A stretch of 64,000 nt of DNA, taken from IMG/VR virus record IMGVR_UViG_3300025141_014349; one strand, given 5' to 3'. The notes beneath the pieces were generated by a model, which saw only the letters and a program-made list of their open reading frames with translations, did no database searches and was not told the DNA's origin. The position numbers and the translations under genes are program-made. Each line of letters starts with the position of its first letter. Within the stretch, counting starts at the first letter, position 1. Source of the stretch: an uncultured virus (IMG/VR IMGVR_UViG_3300025141_014349) (taxonomy: Duplodnaviria; Heunggongvirae; Uroviricota; Caudoviricetes). Shown here piece by piece: positions 18,878 through 28,780 of the stretch.

Positions 18878-18916
18878 TTGACATATGCTTGACATTATGC
18901 TAATATAAGATAGAAT
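18878..18916 (+). promoter_or_regulatory. Overlapping sigma70-type promoters
   Basis: TTGACA(18878)-17-TAATAT with TG extension; TTGACA(18889)-16-TAGAAT. Confidence 0.7.
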
Positions 18917-18934
18917 TCCATCGAAAGGAGATTT

Positions 18935-19885
18935 ATGAAATATCAAAAAATTAAAAATCATCTGAAGGGTCCTGTCTTTCCTATAATTACGCCATTTACT
19001 TCAGCACCCTCTTATGGTATAGATTACGATTCGACATGTGCTTATGTTGATTTTTTATATGAAAGCGGAGTGCGCCACTTCTATGTCATGACTTACAACA
19101 GCAGATTTAGTTTGCTTTCATGGGAAGAGATGAAAAAATTGAACGAAGTTGTCACTAGGCGCGTGAAAGACAAGAAAGAGGATTGTATAGTTATTGTAGC
19201 TGACCCTCTGACTAACCCCACTAATGTGAGTGTTGACTTCGCGAAGCATGCCCAAGACATTGGTGCCGATCTCATTAGTTTGATTTTTATGGAAAGATAT
19301 TATAGTGATGATCAGATTTACAATCACTACAACACTGTCGCTTCGAATTCAGATATCGCAATACTAATTCACGAGCAAACCCTTCCGTCATCAAAGGGAG
19401 GACCGGCAACGCTTTATCCAATAGAGTTATTAGATAGACTTGCTGATATAGATAACGTAATAGCGCTAAAAGAGGATAGTAAGATTCCCACATTTTCTGA
19501 GCAAGTGATTGAAGCAGTCGGAGACAGACTAAACATTATTATTTCTGGAAGAGGAAAGAGACAGTTTATACATTTTAGCAGGATGGGGTGCGATGGGTAC
19601 TTAGTTGGTGTAGGCAGTTTTGCACCAAAGGTAAGTTTAGATTTTTACGAAGCATGTCTGAAAGATGATATGGACACTGCGTGGGGAATTATCAACGAGA
19701 TTGAGCGACCCTTTCTACGGGCCGGCATGAAATACGGTTGGCACCCAGCTCTCAAATCGGCAATGGATGAGTTGGGCATCATGAGCAGGACAGAGCGCCC
19801 ACCACTAGTCCAAATATCAGACCAAGATCATTCGCAACTAGTTAAAGTTTTGAAGAAGATCCAAGACTCAAAATATTACAGATAG
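18935..19885 (+). CDS. DapA/NanA family class I aldolase
   Basis: IITPF N-terminus; Schiff-base Lys in VIALKEDS; ALKSAM...ERPPL. Confidence 0.8.
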   Translation: MKYQKIKNHLKGPVFPIITPFTSAPSYGIDYDSTCAYVDFLYESGVRHFYVMTYNSRFSLLSWEEMKKLNEVVTRRVKDKKEDCIVIVADPLTNPTNVSVDFAKHAQDIGADLISLIFMERYYSDDQIYNHYNTVASNSDIAILIHEQTLPSSKGGPATLYPIELLDRLADIDNVIALKEDSKIPTFSEQVIEAVGDRLNIIISGRGKRQFIHFSRMGCDGYLVGVGSFAPKVSLDFYEACLKDDMDTAWGIINEIERPFLRAGMKYGWHPALKSAMDELGIMSRTERPPLVQISDQDHSQLVKVLKKIQDSKYYR

Positions 19886-19894
19886 GAGGAGAAT

Positions 19895-20587
19895 ATGAAC
19901 ATAGCTGTTATCCCGGCTCGCGCAGGATCTACCAGATTGAAGAATAAAAATATTCATCTTCTTGGAGGCAAGCCTCTTATTCGTTGGACAGTGGAATCTG
20001 TAGTTGAGTCTGGGTGCTTTGATAAAATAGTTGTTTCTACTGATGGCGATGAGATATTTGAAGCGGTCAAAGATCTTCCAGTTGCGAGGCATATACGCCC
20101 AGATAATCATGCCACTGTTACTGCCACCGCTCTTGATGCGATGGTGGATTATATGAAGCACAATCCACCTCACAACACCTCCCGGCCAGACGATGTAATC
20201 TTTGCTTATTTTCTTCCTACTTGTCCCTTTGTTTCTCCAGAAGATATTAAAAGAGGCATTGAAATGATGAAAAAAGGTGCAGATACCGTCGTTAGTATGA
20301 CTGAAATGCCTGAAACTATTCAATTAGCATGTATTATGAGGGATGATTGGGTGATGCCTGTTTTTGATAATCTAGAATGCGGATTGACTAACAGCAAATT
20401 CATTAAAAAATATCACAAACCTTCCGGTGCCTTTTATATGGGGCGCTGGGATAAAATTTTAGAAAATAGAAACTTTTTTAAAGGAAATGTAAAGGGGGTT
20501 CTCATGCCACCGGAAAGGTCGGTAGATATTAATACCATCGAGGATGTGCACTACGCGTCCACCGTGTTGAAAAGGGGAACTAAATGA
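19895..20587 (+). CDS. neuA: CMP-nonulosonate (acylneuraminate) cytidylyltransferase
   Basis: IPARAGSTRLKNKN; STD; PTCPF; SVDINT. Confidence 0.9.
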   Translation: MNIAVIPARAGSTRLKNKNIHLLGGKPLIRWTVESVVESGCFDKIVVSTDGDEIFEAVKDLPVARHIRPDNHATVTATALDAMVDYMKHNPPHNTSRPDDVIFAYFLPTCPFVSPEDIKRGIEMMKKGADTVVSMTEMPETIQLACIMRDDWVMPVFDNLECGLTNSKFIKKYHKPSGAFYMGRWDKILENRNFFKGNVKGVLMPPERSVDINTIEDVHYASTVLKRGTK

Positions 20588-21480
20588 AATGGGAACCCAC
20601 GCTCTTAACTCCCGGATCCCCAGTATATGTGAGAGATCTTGATATGGATTTTTTAGAGGAAAGATTGCGCGCGCGGAAACCTTTTAGTTTTTGGAAATTA
20701 AATCATGCGCATTGGGAATTGTTGTTGAGATATTACAGGTCGACCGAGGGGGATTCTCCTATTGAGAGAGAGGTTTTATTATCTTCTCGCTTCTGTGAAG
20801 GGTTTGCTAGGTGGATGCTTAAAGAACAACGGTTTTATCCATGCGCGTCACCGGAGGCGTTTGTGGAGGTGCTGACGCGCATCAATACCTTATTATCCAC
20901 GATGCCTTACGACTCCACAATTGATAGCAATTACTATATTGGAGTTTCGGACTCATCGGTATGGGACTATAAAAATATTAATGGAAAAACTAATAGCAAA
21001 CACAAAGTGTCAGTGAGGGGAGTTAATGAGATTATAAGAGGCCATCTCCCGCTGGATCATTCTATGGAGTCTTCCAACCTTCCCGTGAGAGGCACTCTAT
21101 TTAAAAAAGCATACCGCCAACACCGGAAGCGCTTGGAGAGTTTTGTAGCAACGGCGGCTCATGGTTTTCCCACCTTATACGTGGGGAACATTGAGATAAG
21201 ACCTCATCTTCGCAAAAAAATAGCACATATTCCTACACATCCACACAACAACCTTAGTGCATCAAACGCTATATTAGATAAAATACGGGCATGGCATGCC
21301 ACCCTTGATCCCGGTGCACCAAAGATTATTTTTTTTAAAGGTGGACACACGCAAGCACTCTGGATTGATACCCTCTACCAGGAATTGGAAAATACTTACC
21401 TTCTTGATGTGGGACAGGCACTTGATCCCCTCGTCAGGCACAGTCATATAAGTAAGAGATGGGAGAGGGTGGGGCAATGA
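20584..21480 (+). CDS. Hypothetical protein (possible divergent glycosyltransferase)
   Basis: Translationally coupled ORF; C-terminal LLDVGQALDP is reminiscent of GT-D-like proteins. Confidence 0.5.
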   Translation: MKWEPTLLTPGSPVYVRDLDMDFLEERLRARKPFSFWKLNHAHWELLLRYYRSTEGDSPIEREVLLSSRFCEGFARWMLKEQRFYPCASPEAFVEVLTRINTLLSTMPYDSTIDSNYYIGVSDSSVWDYKNINGKTNSKHKVSVRGVNEIIRGHLPLDHSMESSNLPVRGTLFKKAYRQHRKRLESFVATAAHGFPTLYVGNIEIRPHLRKKIAHIPTHPHNNLSASNAILDKIRAWHATLDPGAPKIIFFKGGHTQALWIDTLYQELENTYLLDVGQALDPLVRHSHISKRWERVGQ

Positions 21481-22688
21481 CTTTTAAATTACTTTTTCTT
21501 GGTGGCAGCGATATTCAAATTCCCGCCATAAGGCGCGCCAAACAAATAGGATACGAAATTATTTTGTGCGACTATCTTCCCACGAACCCAGGACGAACGG
21601 TGTGCGACAAGTATTATGATGTGAGTACTACCGATTTTGAGGGTATACTTGAGGTGGCTCGTACAGAAAATATAGATGGTATTATTGCTTATGCATCTGA
21701 TCCCGCCGCCGCTACTGCTGCTTTTGTATCTGAAAAGATGAATCTGCCCGGAAAACCCCTCAGTGGAGTACAGACTCTCACCAATAAGTATCAATTCCGT
21801 TCGTTGCTTAAGACGAGGGGTTATCGATGCCCCACCTTCGCCAAGGTGGAAGGACCGCTTGATTGTATAGCATTTGTAGGAAAGCATGGAAAAAGTATTA
21901 TAAAACCGCTAGATTCGTGTGGAAGCAAAGGAATTAGGGTGGTAGATAAGCATACAGATTTTGGTGACGCCTTTAGTATTTCTAAGTCATTTTCTAGAGA
22001 AGGTGGCGTAATTATAGAAAAATTTATTGAGAAAAAGGGATTTCAAATGTCTGGAGATGTATTGATAATCGAAGGAAAAGTAGCTTTTTCTAAGTATGGC
22101 GACGTGCATTTTGATGCGCAGTGCAATTCTATTGTTCCCTGCTCCATCACAGTGCCTTCGACCCACTCTCCTTCCGTCCATAGTGCCATAGATGATATAT
22201 GTGAGAGAATATTTGAGGATTTAAAAATAAGATGTGGAACATTTAATGTGGATGTCCTTGTGGGTGACGATGACGGCATTTACATAATAGAAATTGGAGC
22301 ACGGAATGGAGGAAATTTATTGACTGAAGTGATTTCCATGCAGTCCGGTTATGACTTGGCGGGGATTACCTTGCGGAATGCTATGAGACATCCCACCATA
22401 GGAGAGGCACTGCGTAGCGAGAATTGGAGTGAAGGTGCACCTGCCTGCGCGCACTATGTTATTCATGCCGAAAAAGACGCCACCCTCGACAATATTATTT
22501 ATTCGGAAGAGATTGAAAAAAACATTGTGTATCAATACTTAGCAATTAAACACGGCGCCGAAGTTAAAATGTTTGATGGGTCGAATAAAAGGGTGGGAGT
22601 CTGTCTGTTGAGATTTGACTCGCCGACTGAGATGCGCGATAAAATTATTAATATGAAAGATCATATAATTCTTAAATATAAAAGATAA
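21477..22688 (+). CDS. ATP-grasp ligase
   Basis: IIKPLDSCGSKGI; IIEKFI; IIEIGARNGG. Confidence 0.85.
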   Translation: MTFKLLFLGGSDIQIPAIRRAKQIGYEIILCDYLPTNPGRTVCDKYYDVSTTDFEGILEVARTENIDGIIAYASDPAAATAAFVSEKMNLPGKPLSGVQTLTNKYQFRSLLKTRGYRCPTFAKVEGPLDCIAFVGKHGKSIIKPLDSCGSKGIRVVDKHTDFGDAFSISKSFSREGGVIIEKFIEKKGFQMSGDVLIIEGKVAFSKYGDVHFDAQCNSIVPCSITVPSTHSPSVHSAIDDICERIFEDLKIRCGTFNVDVLVGDDDGIYIIEIGARNGGNLLTEVISMQSGYDLAGITLRNAMRHPTIGEALRSENWSEGAPACAHYVIHAEKDATLDNIIYSEEIEKNIVYQYLAIKHGAEVKMFDGSNKRVGVCLLRFDSPTEMRDKIINMKDHIILKYKR

Positions 22689-22699
22689 GATGGTGTATA

Positions 22700-23566
22700 G
22701 TGAAGAAGATGAATGAGACTAATGATGGCATATATATAGGTCCAAAATCGGACACTCCAGGCGCTACTTTTCATGAGAAGAGGGATAAACCCGCCCTTCT
22801 AAGGAATTTGGCGGAGGATTACCGCCAGCAATCTTATTGGGAAACTCCTTACTACTTCTCGTTTTTAGATAAATGTTTAGAGGGGATCCCCCTCCAAGAT
22901 AAGGTGTGTCTGGACGTGGGATGCGGCGACGGACGATTCGCTGAATATCTTATTAAGAGGGGAGCGCGCAAGATTATTTGTATAGACTCTGATTATGAAT
23001 CTTTAAAATCTTTGCTGAGTTATAGCGAGGAGAAAGGGTTTAGAGAGTCGCTAACTCTTATACAAGCGGGAGCAGAGAATATTCCCCTCCCACCAGACTC
23101 AGTAGACGTGGCAATTGCCATTGGAGTTTTTTATTATTTGGGAGGCGACTATGAGAGGGGCATTGAATCCGTTTATGAAAAGATTAAGAAAGATGGTATT
23201 CTTATCTCATCTGAACCTAACCTAGAGGGACTCGCATTGCGTTCGCTTTTATTTGATTCTTTGGGCGAGATGATATCTATTTTTCAAGATGGCGTGTTTA
23301 GAGAAAAATCAGGCGACATTAGTTGCATCTTCCCTCTTCATTCTACGGGAAAGATTGAATCTTTCTACGAAACGGCAGGATTTAAATTGATTCAAAGGCA
23401 TGCAATTTCTCTTTTCCACCAGTTGGTGCGTATTTTATATTTGCGAGGAAATATTAGTGACGATGAACTAGATACTAATAGGGGCAAGTTGCGCGAGGTC
23501 TTTGACTATTTAGATAGAGAGAAAGGCCAATTTACGAAAACTTGGATTTATGGGTGGCAAAAGTAA
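22700..23566 (+). CDS. Class I SAM-dependent methyltransferase
   Basis: CLDVGCGDG; AENIPLPPDSVD. Confidence 0.85.
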   Translation: MKKMNETNDGIYIGPKSDTPGATFHEKRDKPALLRNLAEDYRQQSYWETPYYFSFLDKCLEGIPLQDKVCLDVGCGDGRFAEYLIKRGARKIICIDSDYESLKSLLSYSEEKGFRESLTLIQAGAENIPLPPDSVDVAIAIGVFYYLGGDYERGIESVYEKIKKDGILISSEPNLEGLALRSLLFDSLGEMISIFQDGVFREKSGDISCIFPLHSTGKIESFYETAGFKLIQRHAISLFHQLVRILYLRGNISDDELDTNRGKLREVFDYLDREKGQFTKTWIYGWQK

Positions 23567-24483
23567 TTTATGAGAATATGCTCGACTCAATAGGCAATAC
23601 TCCCTACATACGCTTCCAGACAGATGAAGTAAAGGGGGCGAAAATTTATATTAAACTAGAGGGTTATAATCCTACGGGGAGCATCAAGGATCGTGCCTGT
23701 TTGTATAATATTAAGGGCGCAATTAAATCGAAAAAGTTAAAAAAAGGAATGACTATTCTAGATGCATCTAGTGGTAATATGGCCTGCGCCATCGCGTACT
23801 ACGGAAAGATTATGGGATATAAAACGCATTTGGTGTGCGGGAGTAAATTAACTTCAGAAAAGAAAAATTTTATAGAATATTTTGATGGCACATTAGAAAT
23901 GCACGGAGACTATACCATTCAGGGAAATGATTATTGTCGTAAAATGTTGGTGCCCTCGGATTCTTCTTATTGTTTTTTAGACCAACTTCATAATGAAAAT
24001 AATCCTTTGGCATCTTATGAAACTCTTGGGCCTGAAATTTTAGAGTCATTCCCGCAAGTTAAAGCTATTGTAGGTTCGTTGGGATCGGGGGGGAGTATGT
24101 ATGGGTCCGGAAGATATATAAAGGAAAATTCTCCTTTGACTAAGGTGATCGCTGTTGAAGCAGGGCACGGGTCTAAAATTCCGGGTACTGGTGCATTTGC
24201 TGATGGTGATTATATTACCCCTTTTATTGGAAATGCTCGTAGGGAAGGTATTTTTGATGACTCTATTTCAATCTCGATTGACGATGCTATACTGAGAACT
24301 AAGCAGTTGTCGGAGCAGGGAATATTTGTGGGATTTCAAACGGGGGGCGTTCTTGATGCTTGTATAAGGACGATTGCTCGCGATGAAATTAAAGGAGATG
24401 TTGTGATGGTGTCCGGAGATTCGGGGTGGAAAAACATTGACAAGTTAGTGGCACATGCCCAGGAGGTACCTAATTGTGTGTAA
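23554..24483 (+). CDS. PLP-dependent cysteine synthase family protein
   Basis: IGNTP; KLEGYNPTGSIKDR; SSGN; GSLGSGGS. Confidence 0.9.
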   Translation: MAKVIYENMLDSIGNTPYIRFQTDEVKGAKIYIKLEGYNPTGSIKDRACLYNIKGAIKSKKLKKGMTILDASSGNMACAIAYYGKIMGYKTHLVCGSKLTSEKKNFIEYFDGTLEMHGDYTIQGNDYCRKMLVPSDSSYCFLDQLHNENNPLASYETLGPEILESFPQVKAIVGSLGSGGSMYGSGRYIKENSPLTKVIAVEAGHGSKIPGTGAFADGDYITPFIGNARREGIFDDSISISIDDAILRTKQLSEQGIFVGFQTGGVLDACIRTIARDEIKGDVVMVSGDSGWKNIDKLVAHAQEVPNCV

Positions 24484-24949
24484 TTTAGGCGTAGATTTTC
24501 ACGACACTATTTCATTCGCTCCCGACTTCTTTAAAGAAATATTTCGGACGTGGGGAACAAAACGATATATAGTAACTGGCACTCCGGAGTCAAGGAGGGG
24601 TGAGACTATAAAACAATTAGAAGACATGGGGATTACTGCGGATTTATACGATGAACTTTTAATGGGGTATGAATATAATAAGAGCGAAATGACAATCGAT
24701 CATTTCCATCGGATGAAGGTGCATAAATTACAAATAATAAAGGATTATAACATATCAATTTATTTTGATGATAATCCCTTTTACGTAGAATATTTGCGCA
24801 ATCATAATATAATCGTTTTTCAAACAATATTGAATGATAAATATTTGACAGAGTTCGAAAATAAAAACAATTTTTTCACCTGCAATTTACAGAGAGGACA
24901 GTTTAAATATTTAGCAGATGGCGAGAGCGGGCAAAATAATGAGAGCTAG
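24455..24949 (+). CDS. HAD-superfamily phosphatase-like protein
   Basis: GVDFHDTI motif I variant; VTG; K; YFDD. Confidence 0.65.
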   Translation: MPRRYLIVCNLGVDFHDTISFAPDFFKEIFRTWGTKRYIVTGTPESRRGETIKQLEDMGITADLYDELLMGYEYNKSEMTIDHFHRMKVHKLQIIKDYNISIYFDDNPFYVEYLRNHNIIVFQTILNDKYLTEFENKNNFFTCNLQRGQFKYLADGESGQNNES

Positions 24950-25580
24950 CGGCGTATATAAGGTCACGGAAGAATTCGAAAGTGAAGTGGCGAAATACAC
25001 AGGTGCTCCCTACGCAGTAGCGGTGGATAGTTGTAGCAATGCACTTTTTCTGGCGTTGAAGTACGAGGGAGTTGAGGGTATGGAAATTACTATTCCTTCT
25101 CGGACTTATCCGTCCGTTCCGTGTGAAATAATTCATGCTGGCGCTTCAGTTAATTTTGAGAAGGTTAGGGGAACTACTATTAAAGGCGCTTATCAGTTGT
25201 TTCCTACTCCCATATGGGATTCGGCGCTAAGATTTACTCATAATATGTATATGTCAGGTACCCATATGTGTCTATCTTTTACGGGTCCCTTTAAGCACCT
25301 TAAGCTTAGCAAGGGTGGAATGATTTTAACTGATAATGAAGATGCATACGAATGGTTTATGCGCGCCCGATACTCGGGCCGACGCCAATGCCCTTACCAT
25401 GAAGATAATCTAGATATGCTGGGGTGGAATTTTTATATGATGCCAGAACTCGCAGCACGCGGACTTTTGTTGATTCGCCAATTCTATACTCCTATAGGGA
25501 AACTCCCCATCGCATATGAAGACGCCGAGATGATGTATCCTGATTTGTCCAAATTTACTGTTTACGGAGGTAAAAAATGA
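24918..25580 (+). CDS. Short DegT/DnrJ/EryC1 sugar aminotransferase
   Basis: AVAVDSCSNALFLAL; DSA; SFTGPFKHL; GGMILT; GWNFYM. Confidence 0.85.
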   Translation: MARAGKIMRASGVYKVTEEFESEVAKYTGAPYAVAVDSCSNALFLALKYEGVEGMEITIPSRTYPSVPCEIIHAGASVNFEKVRGTTIKGAYQLFPTPIWDSALRFTHNMYMSGTHMCLSFTGPFKHLKLSKGGMILTDNEDAYEWFMRARYSGRRQCPYHEDNLDMLGWNFYMMPELAARGLLLIRQFYTPIGKLPIAYEDAEMMYPDLSKFTVYGGKK

Positions 25581-25850
25581 AGAACTATATAGACTGGCGC
25601 CCAACCGAGGATAAATATACGAAGAAGGGGCAAAAACCTTAGAAAACTCCAGCGCGGCAAGCCTTACGGAGAGCAAGCAAATAGAATAAAAATTGATTAT
25701 CCTGAGTTGTATGAAGATATCAAATCAAGCATAACTCCTATTTATGGACCATCTGGGACTCTGGTAATATTTGAGACTGATACATTTCATATGGGCGGAA
25801 CAGTAAGCGGCGGTCATGAAAGAAAGATATGCCGGTTGCATATGAGATAA
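25577..25850 (+). pseudogene. Broken gene: 21-codon start plus out-of-frame C-terminus of a PhyH/2OG-Fe(II) dioxygenase-like protein
   Basis: MKNYIDWRPTEDKYTKKGQKP*; another frame gives ...PIYGPSGTLVIFETDTFHMGGTVSGGHERKICRLHMR* with no in-frame start. Confidence 0.55.
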
Positions 25851-25861
25851 TGATAGAAGAT

Positions 25862-26869
25862 ATGAAGAAAAGAGCATTGATTACTGGTATAACAGGTATG
25901 GACGGAAGTTACATGGCAGACCTCCTTTTGTCTAAAGGATACCAAGTATATGGATTATCCAGGAATTTACCTCTAGAAAATGATAATGCGTCGCACCTTC
26001 ATGATGATGTAGAGTTCTTTACAGTTGACATTAGAGATTTTGGTGGTGTAAAATCAGTGATATCAGACATTCAACCTCATGAAATATACAATTTTGCTTC
26101 TCAGTCTTCTGTTTCTTCTTCGTGGAAAGATCCGCTTCTTACTCATCAGACGAACACAACCGGAGTTCTAAACTTATTAGAATCAATTAGAGAGGTGAAT
26201 AAGAATATTAAGTTTTTTCAGGCTAGTTCGTCAGAAATGTTTGGCGAACTTATCGGCGAGAAATCCCCAGCGAAGCAAAGCGAAATAACTCCATTTTGGC
26301 CTAAGAATCCCTATGCTTCTTCTAAACTATACGCTCATTGGATTACTAAAAACTATAGAGATGCATACGGAATATTTTGTTGTTGCGGTATATTGTTTAA
26401 TCATGAGAGCGAAAGACGTGGGAAAAATTTCGTTAGTAGGAAGATAACTTCTGAAATAGCTAAAATATATTTAGGAATGTCAAATGGATTTTCTCTTGGA
26501 GATATAAGCGTGAAGCGTGATTGGGGATATGCCAAAGATTATGTTGACGCCATCTGGCGCATGCTACAGCAGAGTGAGGAATCTTTCTGCTCTGGCAAGA
26601 GGGGAGATTTTGTGATAGCAACCGGCGTTACGAGGTCTATCAGGGATTTCTTATCAACTGCGTTCGGCGTAATAGGGGTAGAAAGGTGGGATGATTATGT
26701 ACAATATGACACCGAACTTCTCAGACCGGATGACACCCGCGTATTGTGCGGCGATCCATCTAAGATTGAAAAAATTCTTGGATGGCGCCCAACAACTTCT
26801 TTTGAAGAGATAGTGAAAAGAATGGTAGAGCATGATATAGATATCTTAGGGGGAGATCTTGATCTCTAA
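25862..26869 (+). CDS. gmd: GDP-mannose 4,6-dehydratase (copy 1)
   Basis: ALITGITGMDGSY; QASSSE; YASSK; GILFNHES; RDWGYAKDY. Confidence 0.9.
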   Translation: MKKRALITGITGMDGSYMADLLLSKGYQVYGLSRNLPLENDNASHLHDDVEFFTVDIRDFGGVKSVISDIQPHEIYNFASQSSVSSSWKDPLLTHQTNTTGVLNLLESIREVNKNIKFFQASSSEMFGELIGEKSPAKQSEITPFWPKNPYASSKLYAHWITKNYRDAYGIFCCCGILFNHESERRGKNFVSRKITSEIAKIYLGMSNGFSLGDISVKRDWGYAKDYVDAIWRMLQQSEESFCSGKRGDFVIATGVTRSIRDFLSTAFGVIGVERWDDYVQYDTELLRPDDTRVLCGDPSKIEKILGWRPTTSFEEIVKRMVEHDIDILGGDLDL

Positions 26870-28721
26870 GGGCGAGACCTATATCATAAGCGAGATAGGA
26901 ATCAATCATAACGGGAGTCTTAAGACGGCACTCGAATTGATTGAAGCTTCCGCCGCTGCGGGTGTCGATGCTGTTAAGTTTCAAAAAAGAAAACTTGAAA
27001 ATATATATGCGAAAAGTATCCTTGACAACCCCAATTCGGCGGAGTGGAATTTTGATTATCTGATTCCTCTCTTGAAAGAATTCGAATTGACTCATGAAGA
27101 ATATTATGTAATAAAAAAGAAATGTGATGATCTTAATTTAGAACTAATTATCACTCCTTTTGATGAAGATTCTGCTACTTTTGCGCATGAGTTAGGCATA
27201 AGTGCTTTCAAGATCGCTTCTGCCGACATGACAAATTATTCACTAATACGGAAATGCGCTTCCTTTGGAATACCACTTATAATTTCCACGGGAATGTGGA
27301 ATGAAGAAGATATAAGAAAGTGTGTAAGTTATTGTGATACATTAGAATTTGAATATACTTTGCTTCTTGCCAACTCAACCTATCCAACTCCTTATGAATC
27401 TCTAAATTTGGGATTTTTTGATACACTAAAAAGCATTCATTCCTCAGTTGGATATTCGGGTCACGAAAGGGGCACCTTTATCCCCATTGCCGCAGTTGCC
27501 AAGGGCGCCACGATTGTAGAGAAGCATATAACCTTTGACAGATATGCGGAAGGACCCGATCACAAAGCTTCTATGTATCCTGAAGAATTTAGGGAAATGG
27601 TGGATAATATAAGAAATCTTGATCTTGCCATGGGAGATGGAAAGAAAGTTAACCAGGCGGAGACTTTGGCAAAGGAAGCTTTCGCTAGGTCGGCGGTGGC
27701 AGTGACCGATTTGAAGGTGGGTCATATTTTGTCACTGGAGGATGTGGACTATAAATCACCAGGGAAAGGAATCTTTCAGCATGAAATTGAAGATTTTATC
27801 GGTCGCCCTCTAAAGAGAAATATCAAAGAGGGTGGATATATCGCAAGCAAAGATTTTGAAGAAATTGTTCCCATCAAGGAATGGAAGATTCCCGATTTTA
27901 CTAAAAGGTGGGGAGTGAAATGTCGCTTCCATGATTATGATGAATATGAATCGGTCAAATCACCCGTGGTAGAGTTTCACTGTTCCGAGACGGATCTAGA
28001 TGTTGACTTTACGGGAGAAAGCAAGCACTCTCAACTCGTTGTCCACGCGCCGGAAATAGTAGGAAGAGAACTCGTGGATCTCTGTTCTGATGACCCAAGA
28101 ATCGTGAAGAACTCCATAGATATACTGCAAAAAACCATAAGCAAGACTCTCCAGATGGCACAGAGATTCCCATCTGCGAAACCAAAGATTGTTATGCACT
28201 TGGGGGGAATGAGTTTGAAGCACGTCCTTAGTGAGAAACCAAACGAACTAATGATCGAGAAATCGATAGATAATTTTAAAAAACTGAAGTTCAATAACGC
28301 AGACGTAGAAATACTACCAGAAAACCTTCCGCCCAGACCGTGGTACTTGGGAGGACAGTGGTTTCAGTATGGATTTATGCCCGCAGAAGATATGATTAGA
28401 TTTTGCGAACATTTCGATTTAGGGATGACTTTTGATATTTGCCATGCGGGACTTTACTGTAATCATAGTGGAGTGGATTTGAAGGATTATAGTAAAGACG
28501 TATTGCACCTTGTTAAGCACGTACACATCTCCGATGCCCGAGGAATAGACGGCGAAGGAGTTGGCATAGGGGAGGGAAATATAAAATTTGAAGAAATTTT
28601 AGATGTTTTGCGACCTGGTGATTTTTCGTGGGTAACTGAAATATGGAGCGGACACTTACATCAGGGATGCGGGACATATAAGTCTATGCACCAACTGAAG
28701 AAATTCTCTTCTTTACTGTAG
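26859..28721 (+). CDS. neuB: Nonulosonate synthase NeuB + SAF domain + xylose-isomerase/AP-endonuclease-like TIM barrel
   Basis: EIGINHNG; VKFQKR; KIAS; STGM; GYSGHE; EKHITFD; GPDH; C-terminal ENLPP, DICH, HVHISDA. Confidence 0.9.
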   Translation: MISKGETYIISEIGINHNGSLKTALELIEASAAAGVDAVKFQKRKLENIYAKSILDNPNSAEWNFDYLIPLLKEFELTHEEYYVIKKKCDDLNLELIITPFDEDSATFAHELGISAFKIASADMTNYSLIRKCASFGIPLIISTGMWNEEDIRKCVSYCDTLEFEYTLLLANSTYPTPYESLNLGFFDTLKSIHSSVGYSGHERGTFIPIAAVAKGATIVEKHITFDRYAEGPDHKASMYPEEFREMVDNIRNLDLAMGDGKKVNQAETLAKEAFARSAVAVTDLKVGHILSLEDVDYKSPGKGIFQHEIEDFIGRPLKRNIKEGGYIASKDFEEIVPIKEWKIPDFTKRWGVKCRFHDYDEYESVKSPVVEFHCSETDLDVDFTGESKHSQLVVHAPEIVGRELVDLCSDDPRIVKNSIDILQKTISKTLQMAQRFPSAKPKIVMHLGGMSLKHVLSEKPNELMIEKSIDNFKKLKFNNADVEILPENLPPRPWYLGGQWFQYGFMPAEDMIRFCEHFDLGMTFDICHAGLYCNHSGVDLKDYSKDVLHLVKHVHISDARGIDGEGVGIGEGNIKFEEILDVLRPGDFSWVTEIWSGHLHQGCGTYKSMHQLKKFSSLL

Positions 28722-28780
28722 GTTATGTTAGTATTTAAAGTAAATGAAATTGTGAGTTATACTACTGTAAAGGATGCCGA

